From the NCBI RefSeq assembly GCF_001194135.2, contig NC_068983.1, positions 27,254,960 through 27,293,454 of the forward strand: a stretch of DNA of 38,495 bases, given 5' to 3'. The position numbers and the translations under genes are program-made. Source of the DNA: Octopus bimaculoides (taxonomy: Eukaryota). Below, one piece after another: positions 36,217-38,495 of the stretch. The notes under the pieces are model-generated. The model ran no database searches. It had not been told where the DNA came from and saw only the letters and a program-made list of their open reading frames with translations. Each line of letters starts with the position of its first letter. Position 1 is the first letter of the stretch.

Positions 36217-36400
36217 GGGCGCATGGGCTATTGGTTAGGGTGTTGCACTCGCGATCACGTGATCGTGGTTTCAACTCCCAGTCCGTGTGGTGCGTTGTGT
36301 TCTGGAGCGAAAACAGCTCATTTCACGTTGTTCTGAGCTTACTTCGGCACCTGGTTTGTGGTACATCGTGCACCTATTCAGGCAACGTCTATTTCATGTA
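36217..36400 (+). mobile_element. tRNA-derived SINE related in its head to family C
   Basis: GGGCGCATGGGCTATTGGTTAGGG..ACTCGCGATC..GGTTTCAACTCCC..GAGCGAAAACA shares its head with family C and then diverges. Confidence 0.6.
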
Positions 36401-36439
36401 AAGAGTGAGCTAATGTAAAGCATATACAGTTCTATATTT

Positions 36440-36619
36440 AAGAGATGAGGAATTATGTGCATTATTTACATTATTTACATTATTTATATTTGATGGATAT
36501 GTGTCGTCATCTTGTTTGTTGTTAATATAACGTTTCCGGCTGATATACCCGCCAGCCTTCTTCAGGTGTCTTGGGGAAATTTTGAACCTGGGTTCTCATT
36601 CCTAAGGTATTTTTCGATG

Positions 36620-36692
<73 letters not shown>

Positions 36693-36755
36693 TACTATTA
36701 TTATTATTATTGTTCAGGTCACTGTTTGGAATCGAACTCGATTCCAAGCAGTGAC
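36440..36755 (-). mobile_element. SINE-like element D: tRNA-type B box, (AAT)n, hammerhead-like tail
   Basis: Minus strand: GAGTTCGATTCC B box (about 36728-36739), (AAT)n 36623-36710, then GACAC-CUGAAGA-A-GGCUG(GCGGGUAUAU)CAGCC-G-GAAA-CGUU (36529-36570), then three TAAATAATG-type units at 36460-36486. Confidence 0.65.
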
Positions 36756-36756
36756 A

Positions 36757-36852
36757 CCGATAGAGTAAGTCCTGGGGTCGATTTACTCGACTAAAGGCGG
36801 TGCTCCAGCATGGCCGTAGTCAAATGGCTGAAACAAGTAAAAGAGTAAAGAG
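36757..36852 (+). mobile_element. SINE family B 3' tail, plus orientation
   Basis: CCGATAGAGTAAGTCCTGGGGTCGATTTACTCGACTAAAGGCGGTGCTCCAGCATGGCCGTAGTCAAATGGCTGAAACAAGTAAAAGAGTAAAG is the reverse complement of the tail at 11422-11538, with a deletion between AATAAGT repeats. Confidence 0.8.
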
Positions 36853-37490
36853 CATGTATTAAGGTCGTGATGCACCATGGCCGCAGTCAAAGGACAGCGA
36901 TAGTAAAGAAACACCCTGCTTATGTCAAGAACTTCATTAGCTTACAGCTGTTTCTTTCATAAGGCGCAGTAGATCCTTAGTTGAGCGTCTGTAGAAGATC
37001 GTATAGCTTCACCGGAACCTCGAATATAAAATACAATATATTTGGAAAAAAAGAAAGAATAATGTTTTTGCAATATACTGAGAAGGTATTACTTGTTTGA
37101 AAGTCGTTAGTGCCTTCTGTGTGTATTGCAGAAACGTAATGTTTGTTTTCACAAATAAATTGCACTTTAACGAACAGTTCGCTGCATTTAATTGCAGAAA
37201 GAACTATAAGGTAATGATGTTCATGACATAACCATTGTTTCTCCAGTATCATTACTTCTTATTACGGCCCAATACTCATGCAACAATTTGTTCTAAAAAA
37301 AATACGTATATTGAGTTTTATACGAGGGGACTAGGCTCGCAATGATGCTTAAACAATATACGCGCTTCACTTACTTTATTTCAGCAACACCATATTTATC
37401 TTGCTAGTTGTGAGTATCTTGGTTTATTTAATGGTACCTTTTGTATATGTAACTACATTATATCGTATTTAAAATGTACACTGTATCGTA

Positions 37491-37688
37491 TCTAGTGCTC
37501 TTAGCTTAGATTTTCCTTGGGGCTGGCCAGATTGCAGCCGTCTCGAGTATAACCAGCTGAAACCGCAAAGATTATCTGGAACTCGACTGACGAAAGAAAA
37601 CTTCGAATGACTTTGTTTTCTCGTGTCCCTTTTTGTATCATCTAAATGTCCGGATGTTTTGTTGTCGCCTGTTCTCCCTTTTTTTGTA

Positions 37689-37690
<2 letters not shown>
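37491..37690 (+). repeat. Interspersed repeat, copy 2 (pLTR-like, contains CTGACGA)
   Basis: Colinear with 22468-22690; CTGACGA at 37587-37593. Confidence 0.7.
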
Positions 37691-37726
<36 letters not shown>

Positions 37727-38495
37727 CATACATACATACATACATACATACATACATACATACACACATACATACATGCATACATGTTTCTGCGTAGGTA
37801 TATATATATATATATATACATCAGTGGTTTGGACCATACTCATCTGAAGACGTGCGTATGTATAGTTATTGTTGGACAGTATTAAGGCCATGATGTATAT
37901 AATGCAAATTTCAGCAATTACCAACTAATACTCATGTGCTGTAACAATTGTGGTAATTTGTAATAAAGCCTGTTCAATCCATCTTCTCTTACTAAAACAC
38001 TTTTTACATAGACACATACGCACATACATAGAAGCATATAGAGAGATATACAGCCACGGACGCAGACAGATACATACATACATACATACATACATACATA
38101 CATACATACATACATACACAGATTCCTATAATGCTCGCGCACATACATGCAAATATTTACATACATTTATTATTACATGTAAAATATAAAGAGAGTAAGA
38201 GAGTGGCACGATAACAAAAACGCAGTGTGTAGTTATTTTTCTAACCTTTACTTCAAAGGTAATTAATTATACGTGAATCATTTTATGCATAATTGAATAT
38301 ACTGAATATATAGACATGGTGTGCTGCTATTTTTTCATGTATACAAGTATTACACGCTTACACAAATACCTGCTAAGAAACACACAGCCTATATATTTGA
38401 GTGTGCGTGTATTGTGTCTGTGTGTCTGTTCGAGTTTATGTGTACGTGTTTATATATACATGTATATATATATGTATATATATATATATATATAT

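Noticed and set aside
37319-37335. TATACGAGGGG resembling a mariner TIR start
   Set aside because: The match is only about 10 bp, with no partner TIR or transposase trace.
1-38495. CRISPR arrays, operons, prokaryotic systems
   Set aside because: No regularly spaced repeat-spacer structure and no gene-dense coding; the sequence is eukaryotic repeat-rich DNA.

Overview
AT-rich, microsatellite-dense eukaryotic non-coding DNA with 12 assembly gaps (N at 1187-1257, 3172-3491, 5936-6128, 9173-9748, 10937-11097, 16640-16978, 19652-20320, 23343-23532, 31566-31575, 33682-33871, 34286-34385, 35165-35901). The repeat families and the pattern of gaps beside microsatellites look like an octopus short-read assembly; this is inference from recall, not verified. 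I find no intact host CDS, rRNA, true tRNA or CRISPR array, and almost all ORFs in the track are microsatellite or gap artefacts. The window is a transposon graveyard. DNA transposons: a hAT transposase remnant, two mariner remnants and MITE-like inverted repeats. Retroelements: an R4/Dong-like LINE in two pieces, a CR1/L2-like fragment, a Penelope-like GIY-YIG remnant and several tRNA-derived SINE families (A, B, C, D are my own labels), four SINE copies visible enough to test for TSDs and three showing them. The most notable signal is a set of type I hammerhead-ribozyme (HHR)-like motifs in different carriers: a near-canonical minimal HHR (105-141), two HHR copies forming a palindrome whose arms complement each other's mutations (11818-11990), and an HHR inside an element that also has a tRNA-type B box (36440-36755). 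Retroelements are strongly biased to the minus strand, consistent with an intron of a plus-strand transcript.
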